Assembly: GCF_006345805.1 (NCBI RefSeq)
Contig: NC_043012.1
Coordinates: 42,222,001 to 42,286,000, forward strand
Source of the DNA: Octopus sinensis
Taxonomy: Eukaryota
Reading direction: 5' to 3'
DNA: 64,000 bases
How positions within the stretch are numbered: the first letter of the stretch is position 1; each line of letters begins with the position of its first letter. The translations under genes and the position numbers were made by a program. Below the pieces are notes generated by a model. The model was given only the letters and a program-made list of their open reading frames with translations, was not told the DNA's origin and did not search any database. Positions 1 through 13,712 of this stretch are shown here, piece by piece.

Positions 1-165
1 ATATACTCAAACACACACACACACACACATATACTCACACACACACATACACATATATATACCTACACACACGTACACACACACATATATATATACCTAC
101 ACACACGTACACACACACATATATACTCACACACACACACACTTATACATACATACATACATAAA
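1..165. repeat. Compound (CA)n/(TA)n/(TACA)n microsatellite
   Basis: Recurrent higher-order unit atatatacctacacacacgtacacacacac; the same array type recurs at 791-1150. Confidence 0.95.
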
Positions 166-272
166 CATGAGTATACAGCATGCCTCCGGTTTAAGAATAG
201 ATAACCAGTGAGTTGTGAGCTCTTCTTGCCTTTTCCTTACTCTATCGCTTTCTACTCTGACTAAGCACAAAC

Positions 273-309
<37 letters not shown>

Positions 310-487
310 CACGGGGTTATTACGTAATCATGTGTGGTAGGACACCACCAGCAAAACTAATAAAAGACAGTAACACAACCATTCATATTTTCTCCATCAT
401 CCCCATCTCAAGCAGTTTCATGTATACCACTGGCAGCACTGAAAATCGATAAAATACCACATGTATATACCATCCTTGCTACGTCTC

Positions 488-513
488 CCCCCTCTCTCTC
501 TCTCTCTCTCTCC

Positions 514-549
<36 letters not shown>

Positions 550-560
550 CCTCTCTCTCT
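488..560. repeat. (CT)n microsatellite
   Basis: Seen directly. Confidence 0.95.
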
Positions 561-572
561 AATACACACGCG

Positions 573-790
573 CAAGCGGGTGTTGGAAAGTTCCTGGCTT
601 TTGATTAAGGAAAATACATGGGGATCAGTTAATTATGATTTTATTTAACATATTCCCCTCTCACATTCACACACTTATTGCAGCCGTCCTTCAGTTTTTC
701 TATGCCCCACAAAAGAACTCGAAAAATTTATGCCTCCAGCCAGACCTTTCGCAACACCCTTAAAATCAGGAACTTTTCAGCACCCCTTCG
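573..790 (-). mobile_element. Mariner-derived MITE (internally deleted)
   Basis: Imperfect TIRs caagcgggtgttggaaagttcctg / caggaacttttcagcaccccttcg; the minus strand retains a mariner transposase C-terminus (EKLKDGCNKCVNVRGEYVK*). Confidence 0.75.
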
Positions 791-822
<32 letters not shown>

Positions 823-1150
823 CCTACACACACGTACACACACACATATATACTCACACACACACACACACCACACACACACATATATATATATACCTAC
901 ACACACGTACACACACACATATATACTCACACACACACACACATATATATATACCTACACACACGTACACACACACACATACACATATATATACCTACAC
1001 ACACGTACACATACACATATATATACCTACACACACGTACACACACACACATATACTCAAACACACACACACACTTATACATACATACATACATACATAC
1101 ATACATACATACATACATACATACATACATAATACATACATACATACATA
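791..1150. repeat. Compound (CA)/(TA)/(TACA) microsatellite array
   Basis: Seen directly; explains the THTHIY-type ORFs. Confidence 0.95.
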
Positions 1151-1379
1151 TGTGCATATATATGCCTGCGTGTAAATATGTGAAGACGTGCAAGCATTCA
1201 ATTTATAATGCGTGTAGTATGAAAATCTTATAACACCATACAAGTGTCCAATGATTATTGAATCACATAAATAAGATGTTCACTTCTACTTTTCTGTCTC
1301 TGTCTTTTTTTTTTATTATTTGTTTCTTTCTTTCTCTGACACTTTTCTCTAAATTTAACATTCAGAAGTTATGGTTTAT

Positions 1380-2520
1380 TCAAGGAAATATACGAAGCAA
1401 GCAGCAAGCATCCAGCAAGCATCTAGCAAGCATCCAGCAACAATCTTGCAGTGGCGACCAGCTATATAGCTAGTTGACAACTTAACTGAGAGATGGACAG
1501 TTCATTGTGCTTTGTAGTATCCGAAGAATGAGGAAGTGAGCAGAATCAGCGGTGCTGGTGCAGACATAAACCTGATTCAGTGTTTAGAGCAAAAAGAAAC
1601 ATACAGGAACTGTTGAGACGAGAACGAATCGAAATAGATATCGTCCGCTACCTTAGATAATTTTGTGGAAATATTACTGAACCTCTTCGCCATCACCACA
1701 CACTATCATATATCTGTTTCTTATATCTGTTTCTCTACCTACCTATACACATACACACACGCATACACGCGCCGCGCACAAAGAGAGCAACAGAGAGAAA
1801 GTGGAAACTACTCAGAGACGAGTTAAAAATAATCAACCACCCTATAAAAAAAAAATAAGATTAAAAAATCAAGATATATTATAGATAATACGAGATGGCA
1901 TCTAAGGAATCGTTGACAAACACCTGGGATGAAGGAGGAAAGACTCCATTTTGGGAAAAATCCCCGGGAAACAACCGAGTTCGGGACACTTTTCAACAAC
2001 TACGTTACACGTTCAAATGTTGTCGTGTTCGGAAAGACGTGGAACACGAACAATGTAATCGAATCGAATTCCATGAATTGAATATAAATAAGTTTCCGGA
2101 AGAGCCTTTAGCTATGCAGAATCCCAGTATTTGAGATGCAAGATGTAAACTAACGCCCGAGTTAACACCATCACCACCGCCAAAGCTACTGCCCCCACCG
2201 CCGTCACCACCGCCTGACTTTGGATTCACTGAATCCACTTCGTTGTAATCATTTCAACCAAGCCTTCCTTCTATGGATTCTGGAATTTTCCTCCCTTTTC
2301 ACAGTTTCTCAAGGCCTTCCAACAAACATTATTGGTGCTGCTGCTTCTCTTTTCGCAAAGTTATTAAATTTTTTTTCTTTGAATATATCAGAATATGACG
2401 TCGGTGAATTTGGTGCTTCCATCCGTGGCAGTGGTGGTAATGATGATGAAGGAGATTAAACATATTTTATCTGGATAAGAACCTGATACGGATATTTGCC
2501 ACACAAAAGACTGGTTACCC
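1380..2520. other. Non-repetitive, CpG-containing segment; possible 5' exon/UTR or lncRNA with short ORFs
   Basis: Higher complexity and CpG content than the flanks; 79-aa ORF 1895-2134 with gagATGG context; no recognisable domain. Confidence 0.25.
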
Positions 2521-2584
2521 CTTTTTGTTTTTCATATTTTCTGAATATTCTTGTTGTTGTTAATTGTTTTTGTTCATGTTAAAT

Positions 2585-3202
2585 GCTATACAGTGTCGGA
2601 CAAAATACCTCGCGGTGTTTCTTCCGGTTTTTTACGTTCTGAATTCAAATCCCATCAAGATCGACTTGATTTATATTTTTTTCTTTTTCAGGATCGATAA
2701 AAATAATAATAATAATAAAAACCAGTCGAGCACTGAACTCCATAAAATACACTAAACGCCTTTCCTTAAAATTGCTTGCCTTCTACCTAAAAAAAAAAGG
2801 GGGGGGGTTAAACTGGCAGAATTGTTTGAGCGTCGAAGAAGAAGCCTTGCCGTATTTATTCCGATTCATTACATTTTGAGTTCGAATTCTGCATAGGTTC
2901 ACTTTGTCGTTCATTCCTTCTGGTTTGATAAAATACTAGTTAAGTGTTCCTAGCTTGATGATATCAACTACTTCCCTGCACTCAACATAAACTTGTTGGC
3001 CATGTTCCTACTTTAGAAACAATCATTATTATCATTTCGTCTGTCTGCACGTTCTGAGTTCAAATTCCGCCGAGGTCGACTTTACCTTTCATCCTTTCGA
3101 GGTCGATAAATTAAGTACCAGTGACGCAGTGGGGTCGATGTAATCGTCTTACCCCCTACCCGCACATTTCAGGCCTTGTGCCTATAATAGAAAGGATTAT
3201 TA

Positions 3203-3266
<64 letters not shown>

Positions 3267-3720
3267 GGGCCCAATGATTGACAGAATCGGTAGAGTGGTG
3301 CCAAACAAAATCTCCTATGATTCTTGTGTATGTATTCGGTTACAATTCGCGCCGAACTCCGCCTGCCATCCCGTTGCACTCGATAAAATAAAGTACCAGT
3401 TAAATATTAAGACCAAATAAATCGACTTCACACCTGCCCACTAAATGATGATGACGATGGTGATGATGAGGATGATGATGAGGAGGAGGAGGATTCGACG
3501 GACGAAATGCTCAGCAGCATCTCGTCGGTCTTTACATTTTACATTTTGAGTTCAAATTCCGCCTAGATCGACTTTGCCTTTCATTCTTTCGAGGTCGATT
3601 AGATAAGTACCAGTTGACTCTGGGATTGATGTAATCGACTACTCCCTACCCCCCCACCCCCACCACAAAAAAAAAAAAAATTACGACTTTGTTGTCCCGA
3701 GAAAAGAAAGGAGTATTATA
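2585..3720 (+). mobile_element. Tandem cluster of about 5 tRNA-derived SINE copies (Meta-domain-like core)
   Basis: B-box-like gagttcaaattcc followed by aggtcgacttt(g/a)cctttcatcctttcgaggtcgataaattaagtaccag; copies separated by (ATT)n/(GAT)n tails. Confidence 0.85.
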
Positions 3721-3736
3721 ATTATCATCGTCGTCG

Positions 3737-3768
<32 letters not shown>

Positions 3769-4113
3769 GCTATTCTAACGAATGTTGGGTCCTGACTGTC
3801 CGATAAAATGGTGCTTTAATAAATATGCACACAAAAACACACGCATACTCACATATATATATATGCGACAGACATGCACACAAGAATCAAAAGATTAAAT
3901 TAATAAAATATTTTTAAAACAATAAATAATTTTCAAGTCATTATTTTGTAAAAGAAAACAAAAACATTAATCTAAATAACGAAATTCAGAGAAATATATT
4001 AAATTGTGTAAAGGGTTCAATGTGGTTCAATGTTTTGACAAGTTCAGATTCTTCGTGTCATATATCATCCATCTGAAACGAACTTAGATGTGATGTGAAA
4101 GTCTTATCTATCT

Positions 4114-4681
4114 TGTACTTTCAGGGTACAAGAAAGCAATCACTCTCACTTGCCGTTGCTTTAATAATCCAGAATCTCTACTAGTCAGAAACAACAAGAC
4201 GCAGACGTAAAATATATATATACTACTTTATTCTCTTTCTTGGTAACAATAACAATAATTAGTTATCTGATGTCCTTGGTTCGGGGCGCGCAAGGCTGAA
4301 AGTAAATCGATTGTAATATTTACAATCTTCAGCCCAAAAACAGAAAGGGGTCAAGATGGCGTCGAACAGGGAAGTTGAATGTGGTCGGCAACAATTTGGT
4401 TAAAGGTATTCGGCCGACTGCTGCTATCAACCGGAGAGAATATATGCGTGACCGCCGCCTTCAATCGCTGGGTCCCAAGTCCCCGATGACTGCTGCTAGT
4501 GGTCAAACGTTCTACGACCCCCTTGCCTCGCTAACTACCACGATAGGCAAGCGGGTCGTGCTTCCGGTGGTTCGCGCATGCGCGAGAGGGCCCTTCCTTT
4601 CTGTGCCTTGGTAAAGGCACCAACACGCGCGAAAATACAAATGGACCGTGCGCGAGCGCGCGCCTTTGCAGGATCACTACA
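4114..4681 (-). mobile_element. Possible solo LTR (CpG-rich)
   Basis: TGTA...TACA termini, minus-strand AATAAA near 4230, CpG-rich with internal hairpins; no clear TSD. Confidence 0.35.
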
Positions 4682-4702
4682 CATCCATCTGTCTATCCAT
4701 CC

Positions 4703-4745
<43 letters not shown>

Positions 4746-4753
4746 CATCCATC

Positions 4754-4828
<75 letters not shown>
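4682..4828. repeat. (TATC)n microsatellite
   Basis: Seen directly. Confidence 0.97.
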
Positions 4829-6543
<1,715 letters not shown>

Positions 6544-8114
6544 GCTAGCAAGCTATCCGACCAGCAAGTCGAGCACTCATGTGGAGCATTTCGTCGTTGG
6601 CTGCATATCGGTCATGTTGTGATAGAAGTGGTCATCGTCGTCGTAATTGCAGTGACGGCAATGGCGGTGGAGCCGATATTGACAGTGGTGATTGCCGTCA
6701 TGGTCAGGCTTGTGTGTAAGCTTTGCAAACAGACAGGACAGTGTCTCGATGCCTTGTGTTTCGTTAGCTTGAGGTGGATGAGTTCCAGTTATCCCTTCAG
6801 ATAAATTAGAGATAACGAATAAGGTTATGATAGGCCCTGCTAGGGTTAACTTGCCCTTCATACACTAACTATAAGAGGATGAACATTCCACTTCGTTTCC
6901 CAGCCCCAATTACTCTATGCTGGCACCAGGAACATTTCTAACAATCACTGGAACTCCCACTCTCAAAATATCGGCGTCCGTTGCATGTATTTTCTATTTT
7001 TTCTTTTTTTTTTTCAGGAATAAAATCTGTAAATTTAATTATAAAATGCTTTATTACAAATTACGAAATAATTGAATAAAATATTTATTTACTTATTACA
7101 TTTTATTCTTTTATTTCAAACATTACAAACACAAAATATACCCCCCACCCCGCGGCCAAGCACGTAGCGCTCTTAAGAACGTGACCTCCCAAAACACATG
7201 GATCCTCCAACCACCTGGTGCTTCCAAGCACGAGTGATTGTTTGAGCTGCCAGTAGCTTTAGCTGGCCCTTGCTGGGAGATACAGCAGCAAGAAATAGGG
7301 ACACCGAGCTGATAACCGGCGTCGCTTGGACTGAATGCAGCTTGCTCCTTGTCTCCCCTGGTGTCTTCAAACATACAGATAAACCTTCTAGGCCAGTGGT
7401 GCTCGTCAAACATGCTTTGACCAGTTTCTATTCGGTCCCACACTGCTTGGTAACTGGTGCTGGTTTGTTTGCAGCCTCATAACTTAACGGATCGGCAAAA
7501 AATAAAACGACTTTAAAAAATGAAATAAATACGGGAATCAATTTGTTCGACTTAAACCCTAAAGGCAGTGACCCGGTACTGTCTAATTTGAGAAGTACTG
7601 CTCTAGGTGAGCAATCGCCATACTAGAAATAGCAACTAAATATTTCTTACATCATGACAGAAAAAAGGGAGGAAACAGGATAATGATGTTTGAAATAAAC
7701 AATATATTGAAAGGTAGATAGTATAGTCACGTTGGAATGTTTCCATCAGAACTGGCCTGGAACTGCACAACAACAACCACAACTACAGGTGTTCAAATAT
7801 TACCTGGATACAGTGGAAAGAATGCAACATGCACAGACATGGTACACTGCACCGTATTTAATTTACTACTGCGTGCGTGAGAGACTATTTCCTTTGGCCA
7901 TTGTCGAGATGAAGGCATATCCGGCGCTATGAATTTGTGAATCGAATCTCGTCGTTTGCCAGCTGTCTATTTCTGTTCAATAAATCAACTGGATCAGGGT
8001 TGACCAAGGGCTACAATAAAAACAAGAACATCAGCAACAGCAACAACAATAGACGCACAAAAAAATATACTGGACAGTGGTGAGACTATATGTCCAGGTT
8101 GGCACCTCATACAA

Positions 8115-8400
8115 CCGAGGCGGCGAATTGGAACAGTCATTAGAGCATCGAACAGTATTCGTTCCGGCTTTTTGTACTCCGAGTTCAATTCCCAGCGAGG
8201 TAAGTCAGACAGGAACACAGTAATGCATACAGTTATCGAGGGCAGCGAACAGGAACAGTAGTTAGAACGTCAGATACAATGTCCTGGAATATCCGTTTCG
8301 GTTCTCTGCGTGCGGAGTTCAAATCCCAACGAGCTCAACTTTCCCTTTCATCTTTTCAAAGTCAATAAGGAAAATGTCTGTCTAAAAAGGAAAGAGTCGA
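8115..8400 (+). mobile_element. Two degenerate SINE copies
   Basis: aggcggcgaattgg head; gagttcaa(a/t)tccc B-box; caactttccctttcatc core. Confidence 0.6.
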
Positions 8401-8423
8401 TTCTTCTCTCTCTCTCTCTCTCC

Positions 8424-8454
<31 letters not shown>

Positions 8455-9024
8455 TGCATGTGTATGTGTGAATGCAAATAGATAGATAGATATTATCACG
8501 AATTTAGTATCACGTTGAGCCTGTCAGAGAATCAAGGATTCACGTGAACTCATACCGATGGACTATTCAGTAAATAGCGAGCAAATAATTCAGTTGATCA
8601 ACTAAATGCTCATCACCGAAATCGACAGAAGACCAATGCGTGTTGTATGGTGGAGTACGGTGGGCCGACACACGGACGGCGCTAAGTGTTATAGCTCCAC
8701 AGATCGAAACCGGTGTAAACACTTCAGCTCCCCCAACATCTCATGTGACCTTCAAGCAATGCTATCTCAAAGTATGATCCCCCATCACCTCATCCACCTT
8801 CGGCAGTTGCCCCTCGTCTGGTGCTCTACGGCTCTAAAGGACCAAAGCTAATCAATGGATCAACTCTACAATGACTTGCTGTCAATAAATAAACAACATT
8901 ACCTCCCCAGGGAATGGGATAGTGATCTGGAATCGATTTTATAGAATCCACACCCATCCTGCGCCTAGGGGTTAACTTCATTTTGATTTCACATCATCTT
9001 ACTCTGCTAATACACAGGCACTAT

Positions 9025-9060
<36 letters not shown>

Positions 9061-9240
9061 TGTATGTATGTATATGTATGCACATACAAAGATGTATTTA
9101 TAAATATGTAAATATGTATGTGTATACATACATAAATCCATACATTCATACATACATACATACATACATACATACATAATACATACATACATACATACTA
9201 CATACATACATACATACATACATACATACATACATACATA

Positions 9241-9680
9241 AATGGAACTAAACGCTGCAAGCCATGTGGAGACGAACGCATTGAAATCCTGAAAAATTCG
9301 CACGTACCAGGGAACATACTGAACTCCAGAACGGAGATTCTCGGGTTATGCTTGCATTTCAGGGAATTATTGTTAGTGTTTTGGGAACCGAATAATAACG
9401 ATAATAACGGTATTAGCGATAATATTTACACCACGGTTGGAATTGATTACTGACAGGTGGCGTAGCTGAAGGAGGACGATGTGGCCGGAAGCCAACGACC
9501 AGCAAATGACCACCAGAAGAGGGAGATAAGCGCCATTGTTTATATCCGGTTCGTTTCCTCCTTCATACTTTAAGGAGGCCATAGGCCAACAAGTCTTAGG
9601 GTCTGGTGATACGCCATAAAGATACTTCTTATGGCGAGAAATCCAGAGTAACCCTATAAACAGGCCTTCACCAGTAATTA
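9241..9680 (+). mobile_element. Penelope-like element 3' fragment (Naiad-like GIY-YIG C-terminus plus 3' UTR/pLTR)
   Basis: Reads GTKRCKPCGDERIEILKNSHVPGNILNSRTEILGLCLH, matching the CxxCxxE...LNxRxE...CxH end of PLE endonuclease domains; HHR motif downstream. Confidence 0.7.
9597..9656 (+). ncRNA. Minimal type I hammerhead ribozyme motif (A6G core change)
   Basis: tagggt-CTGGTGA-ta cgccataa/ttatggcg a-GAAA-tccagag-TA-acccta; helix I 6 bp, helix II 8 bp. Confidence 0.7.
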
Positions 9681-9682
9681 TA

Positions 9683-9947
9683 TATGTGTGTGGTGTGTGT
9701 GTGTGCGCGCGTGTGTGTGTGCATATATGGGTACAGGACGTCGCCAGCTGTGCAAACATCATGAAATACGTAAAAAAGGACAAGTAAACATAGAGAAGGG
9801 ACCCTTCATTAGTTGTCGGTTAATGCTCGAAATGAGGAATAGATAGACAGCCGACAACGGATGAAAGGTCCCTTCTCTGTGTTTACTTGTCCTGTTTTAC
9901 GTATTTCATGTTGCTTGCACAGCTGGTGACGTCCTGTACCCAGATAT

Positions 9948-9993
<46 letters not shown>
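9683..9993. mobile_element. Long imperfect palindrome (inverted pLTR-like or MITE element)
   Basis: About 110-bp arms gggtacaggacgtc...gttgtcgg / ccgacaac...gacgtcctgtaccc, extended by (GT)n/(AC)n; loop about 28 nt. Confidence 0.75.
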
Positions 9994-9997
<4 letters not shown>

Positions 9998-10116
9998 TAT
10001 TTATTATTATTATTATTTAATTGAACGCCATGCATCCATTTCCAAGTATCTGGTTTGCAAGATTTTTTTATTTGAATTCGTGTGCTGAAACAAATTTTGT
10101 TCCGTCTAGAGAGTCA

Positions 10117-10324
10117 TGTTGCCTTAATATCTAACACACTCAATTTCCACTCATTTATTATTGTTTTTTTTTTCAAAACTTTTCGTTGTTTTTGCACCCG
10201 TCTCAATGGATGTCGACTCTATCCATTGAGAAAGTTGAAAACCAACGAAAATTTTGGAAAAGACAGAATTTAAATAATGATTGGAAATTGAACTGGTGAG
10301 TGTGTTAGATATTAATACGCAACA
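10117..10324. mobile_element. Palindromic MITE-like element
   Basis: Arms tgttgccttaatatctaacacactca / tgagtgtgttagatattaatacgcaaca; central tctcaatggat/atccattgaga stem. Confidence 0.6.
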
Positions 10325-10396
<72 letters not shown>

Positions 10397-11350
10397 CACA
10401 CGCATATATATATATCTCTTATTATAAAAGGAAGATTTTATATGCCTCCCTTTGTCAGTTATAGAAATCTACAATATAGGATTTCTTCAATTACAATTTA
10501 CTTAGCATTTTTAAGAGTAGAATGCATCGGATTTTGCCAGGTCCACTTTTTAAAATTTAAACTGCAATTAGCAAAATTTACAGAAAACTCACATTCTGGT
10601 GTGTATGTCAAATGCTTTTCTTAATGTGGTTTACACCACACCACACGCACAGCACACCCACAGTGTGCAACGAATAAAATTAAAGTAATTCACCTTTTGT
10701 AGTGAGTGACTCTTTCAGTCTGCCACTTCCTCTTTACACACATAGACACGCAAATATATAAATAAAATTGTAAGCTAACGTGCGTGTGTGTGAGTGTGTG
10801 TGTGCGTGTGTGTGTGTGTGAGGGTGCGTGTGTGTGTGTGTGTGTGTGCGTGCGTGTGCGTGAGTGTGTGATAGGAAAGTTTTTTAGGGCGAATATAAGA
10901 CCTATATCGGCGATGTTTCGCTTGTCGTAGCACAGGTTTCCGTCGATTTCCGTAAAAACTTTTATTTTTTTACATAAGTAATGAGAGCGAAAGAGACTAA
11001 GAGAAAGCGATTGTATGACGAGGGAAGTTCTTTTGAAGTTACCGTGCATGGGACGCATTGATGTACATGTGTGTGTGTGTGTGTTTGATGGAGTGTGGGA
11101 GACAGACAGTATGTTGTGTAAGTGAAGTGCTTCTGTTAGTGTGTGTGAAGAGACAGAGAGAGTAATGTGTGAAAGAGAGATAACTGAATTTTTTTACTCG
11201 GTGTATGTGTATATGTATGTATGCATGTATGTGTGTGTGTGTGTATGTATGTGTGTGTGTATGTATGTATGGCCGATTCAGTGTTTACATTTTTTACGGA
11301 AATCGACGAAAACGTGTGCTACGACAAGCGAAACATCGCCCCTATATCCA

Positions 11351-11826
11351 AGTAGCAGAAAGATCGCCCAAAAGTGTATATAGATATTTAAATGTATTTA
11401 TATATTCATCTATACACAGATGTATGTATAATGTGTGTGTATATATTTCCATACACGTAACCATTCACTCCGCACAAAGTTTTTTAGGACGAAAAAAGAT
11501 CTAAAGTTATCTCTAAGTAGCACAGAGATCGCCCAAAAGTGTATATAGATATATAAATGTATTTATATATTCATCTATGCACACATGTATGTATAACGTG
11601 TGTGTATATATTTCCATAGAGGTAACCATTCACTCCATACAAAGTTTTTTAGCACGAAAATAAGATCTAAAGTTATCTCTAAGAAACAGAAAGATCGCCC
11701 AAAAGTGTATATAGATATTTAAATGTATTTATATATTCATCTATACACACATGTATGTATAATGTGCGTGTATATATTTCCATAGAGGTAACCATTCAAT
11801 CCATACAAAGTTTTTTAGGACGAAAA
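11351..11826 (+). repeat. Tandem repeat, about 165-bp unit x about 3, inside the Helitron
   Basis: gatcgcccaaaagtgtatatagatat at 11362, 11527 and 11693. Confidence 0.9.
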
Positions 11827-12279
11827 TATTTATATAAAAGAAAGGTTGTGTGTCTGTCTACTCCGATTTAGATTCCTAACTACTCCCACATTTTGCGATG
11901 CAGTTTAACCAAAACCGGGTATCTTATAGTCGTGATTCATATCGAGCCCTTCTGGGTATTAGCGCGCGTCTACGATGAGTCTATGATTTTACAAATAATT
12001 TACCATCATTTTTTTCCATTTTAATGCATATTTTTTAAAATAAACGGAAGTAACTCTCAAACTTCACACCAATATGCGTGCTCATATGCGACGTAATATC
12101 ACATCAGCAGCATTTCTCACACCCTCCTTGCACTTGGCGAAGGCGAAATACCAGGGGATGAAAATGGTAATATTGCCATCGATTCCATTTGTACCATTGT
12201 TAAGGCGCCTTCTGATCTCAGAGATGCAGTGTTCCCAGATCTACAAGCTAATTATCAGAATATGGATTGGATTGGCAAA

Positions 12280-12560
12280 AAGGCTATATACTGCCCCGAG
12301 GAATAAAACTGTTCACCATATTAATGATGAAATGCTAAAACTCATTCCTGGGGAAGTCTATGTATATCAGTCTATCGATACAACTCCTGACCCAGAGGAC
12401 GTCATCAACTATCCAATAGAGGTACTCAATTCCTTTGAGCACCCGGACTACCACCACACTTTCTCAAACTTAAGTGGGTGCCCCTATAATGCTCATCAGA
12501 AATTGGTTCCCCCAAAACAATGCAATGGCACACGTTTGATCGTTAAGTCCTTATCTCCCA
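12280..12560 (+). pseudogene. Helitron RepHel Pif1-family helicase fragment
   Basis: APRNKTVHHINDEMLKLIPGEVYVYQSIDT...NYPIEVLNS...PPKQCNGTRLIVKSL, characteristic of Pif1-like helicase C-terminal motifs; appears frameshifted. Confidence 0.85.
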
Positions 12561-13026
12561 CCGTAAGCTTATATCAATATTTGTCTGAATAATCATCATA
12601 ATTCAGTGCAATCATTAGCAGTACTTTCAAGCAATTCAGCCCCGAGCAACGCCGGGAAATTCTGCTAGTATATATATATTTAACTTAATATTTAGTATTG
12701 TAGTATGATTATAGACATTCATATATGTATTTATTATATAATATATGTGGTTGTGTGTGTATGTATATATGTGTATATGATGATGTGTGTGTATATATAT
12801 GTATATGTATATACATTTATTTATGTGTATGTGTGTGGGTGTGTATATATAGGTGTAAGTGTATATATTGAGTATTGTATGTATGTACATGTATGTACGA
12901 GTGTGCATATGTGTATGTGTGTGTATATATGTGTGTATATATGTATATGTATGTATGTGTGTATGTATGTGTATATGTGTATGTATGTATATATATATGT
13001 ATGTATATATATATATATATGTATAT

Positions 13027-13712
13027 AATTATTGAAGTAGATAAATGAATTATCTTATTACGGATAATTCAAAAGACAACCGATACCTGGGTAGCAAAAT
13101 TCACAACAGAAAAAGCGCGGTTGAAGTTACGACCATGGGGCATAAAAACCGTGCCTTAGTGCGGAAATTTGAAGTTTTATATATTAAGTGTAGGAAAAAA
13201 TGGAGCTGAACGAAGATTTAACAAAATTCCTTTATATTATTTTCTACATATGTTTCGAAGGCTGCAAAGTCCCTAATTCGGATTGAATAAGGAGTCCATT
13301 TTGCAGCTTTTCTTCAGGAAAATCCAGGAACTTAATTCTCCAACAAAATGCACAACAAGCTTTTCGACAAAACGCTCACGAGGAGCCCATGAAATAAATG
13401 ACACAAAACTGTATATATATGCGTTGACGCCAGACTGTGTGAAAGCAGAAGAGATTGTCCGTTGAGATAGTTCTAGGTCAGAATCCGGTTGGCAGAAGGG
13501 GGGTACAGGAAAATCAAAGAGTGTGAATGTATTCTGTATGACTGGTGTTTATATTTGAATTATTTTAAGAATGAGTGTTAGAGTGTTTGAGTGTGAGAAA
13601 TTGCTTTAATGTATGTGTGTGTGCGTCTATGTATGTGTGACAGTGTGTTTCGAAGGCAGAAAGAGAGAGAGATATAGCAGGTATTAACGGTTTAACATTT
13701 TTTCCTACACTT
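13027..13712 (-). mobile_element. Penelope-type pLTR insertion in a TA repeat
   Basis: Interrupts copy 1 of the direct repeat; aagtgtaggaaaaaatg is inverted to cattttttcctacactt at its end; carries an HHR. Confidence 0.6.
13239..13323 (-). ncRNA. Type I hammerhead ribozyme motif
   Basis: attttc-CTGAAGA-aaagctgcaaa...tttgcagccttc-GAAA-CATATG-TA-gaaaat; helix I 6 bp, palindromic helix III, GUA site. Confidence 0.75.

Larger units (their letters stand above)
10415..12668 (+). mobile_element. Composite non-autonomous Helitron
   Basis: A|TC start, CTAG|T end, subterminal hairpin cccgagcaacgccggg (12641-12656); internal family head near 11826; Pif1 helicase remnant. Confidence 0.85.

Noticed and set aside
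678-1243. Long ORFs rich in H/T/Y/I/C/V (also 5809-6388, 12636-13028, 20777-23765, 46683-47153)
   Set aside because: Translations of microsatellites and minisatellites, not genes
4293-4334. CTGAAGA-containing hairpin as a hammerhead
   Set aside because: No GAAA or helix III; simple stem-loop
7100-7400. Possible minus-strand LINE 3' end or exon
   Set aside because: AATAAA present but no recognisable protein motif
8494-8993. Possible solo LTR
   Set aside because: Size and AATAAA fit, but the 5' end is TA not TG and there is no TSD
11351-11826. CRISPR-like array
   Set aside because: Contiguous tandem units with no unique spacers, eukaryotic context and no cas genes; the same applies to 46743-47066
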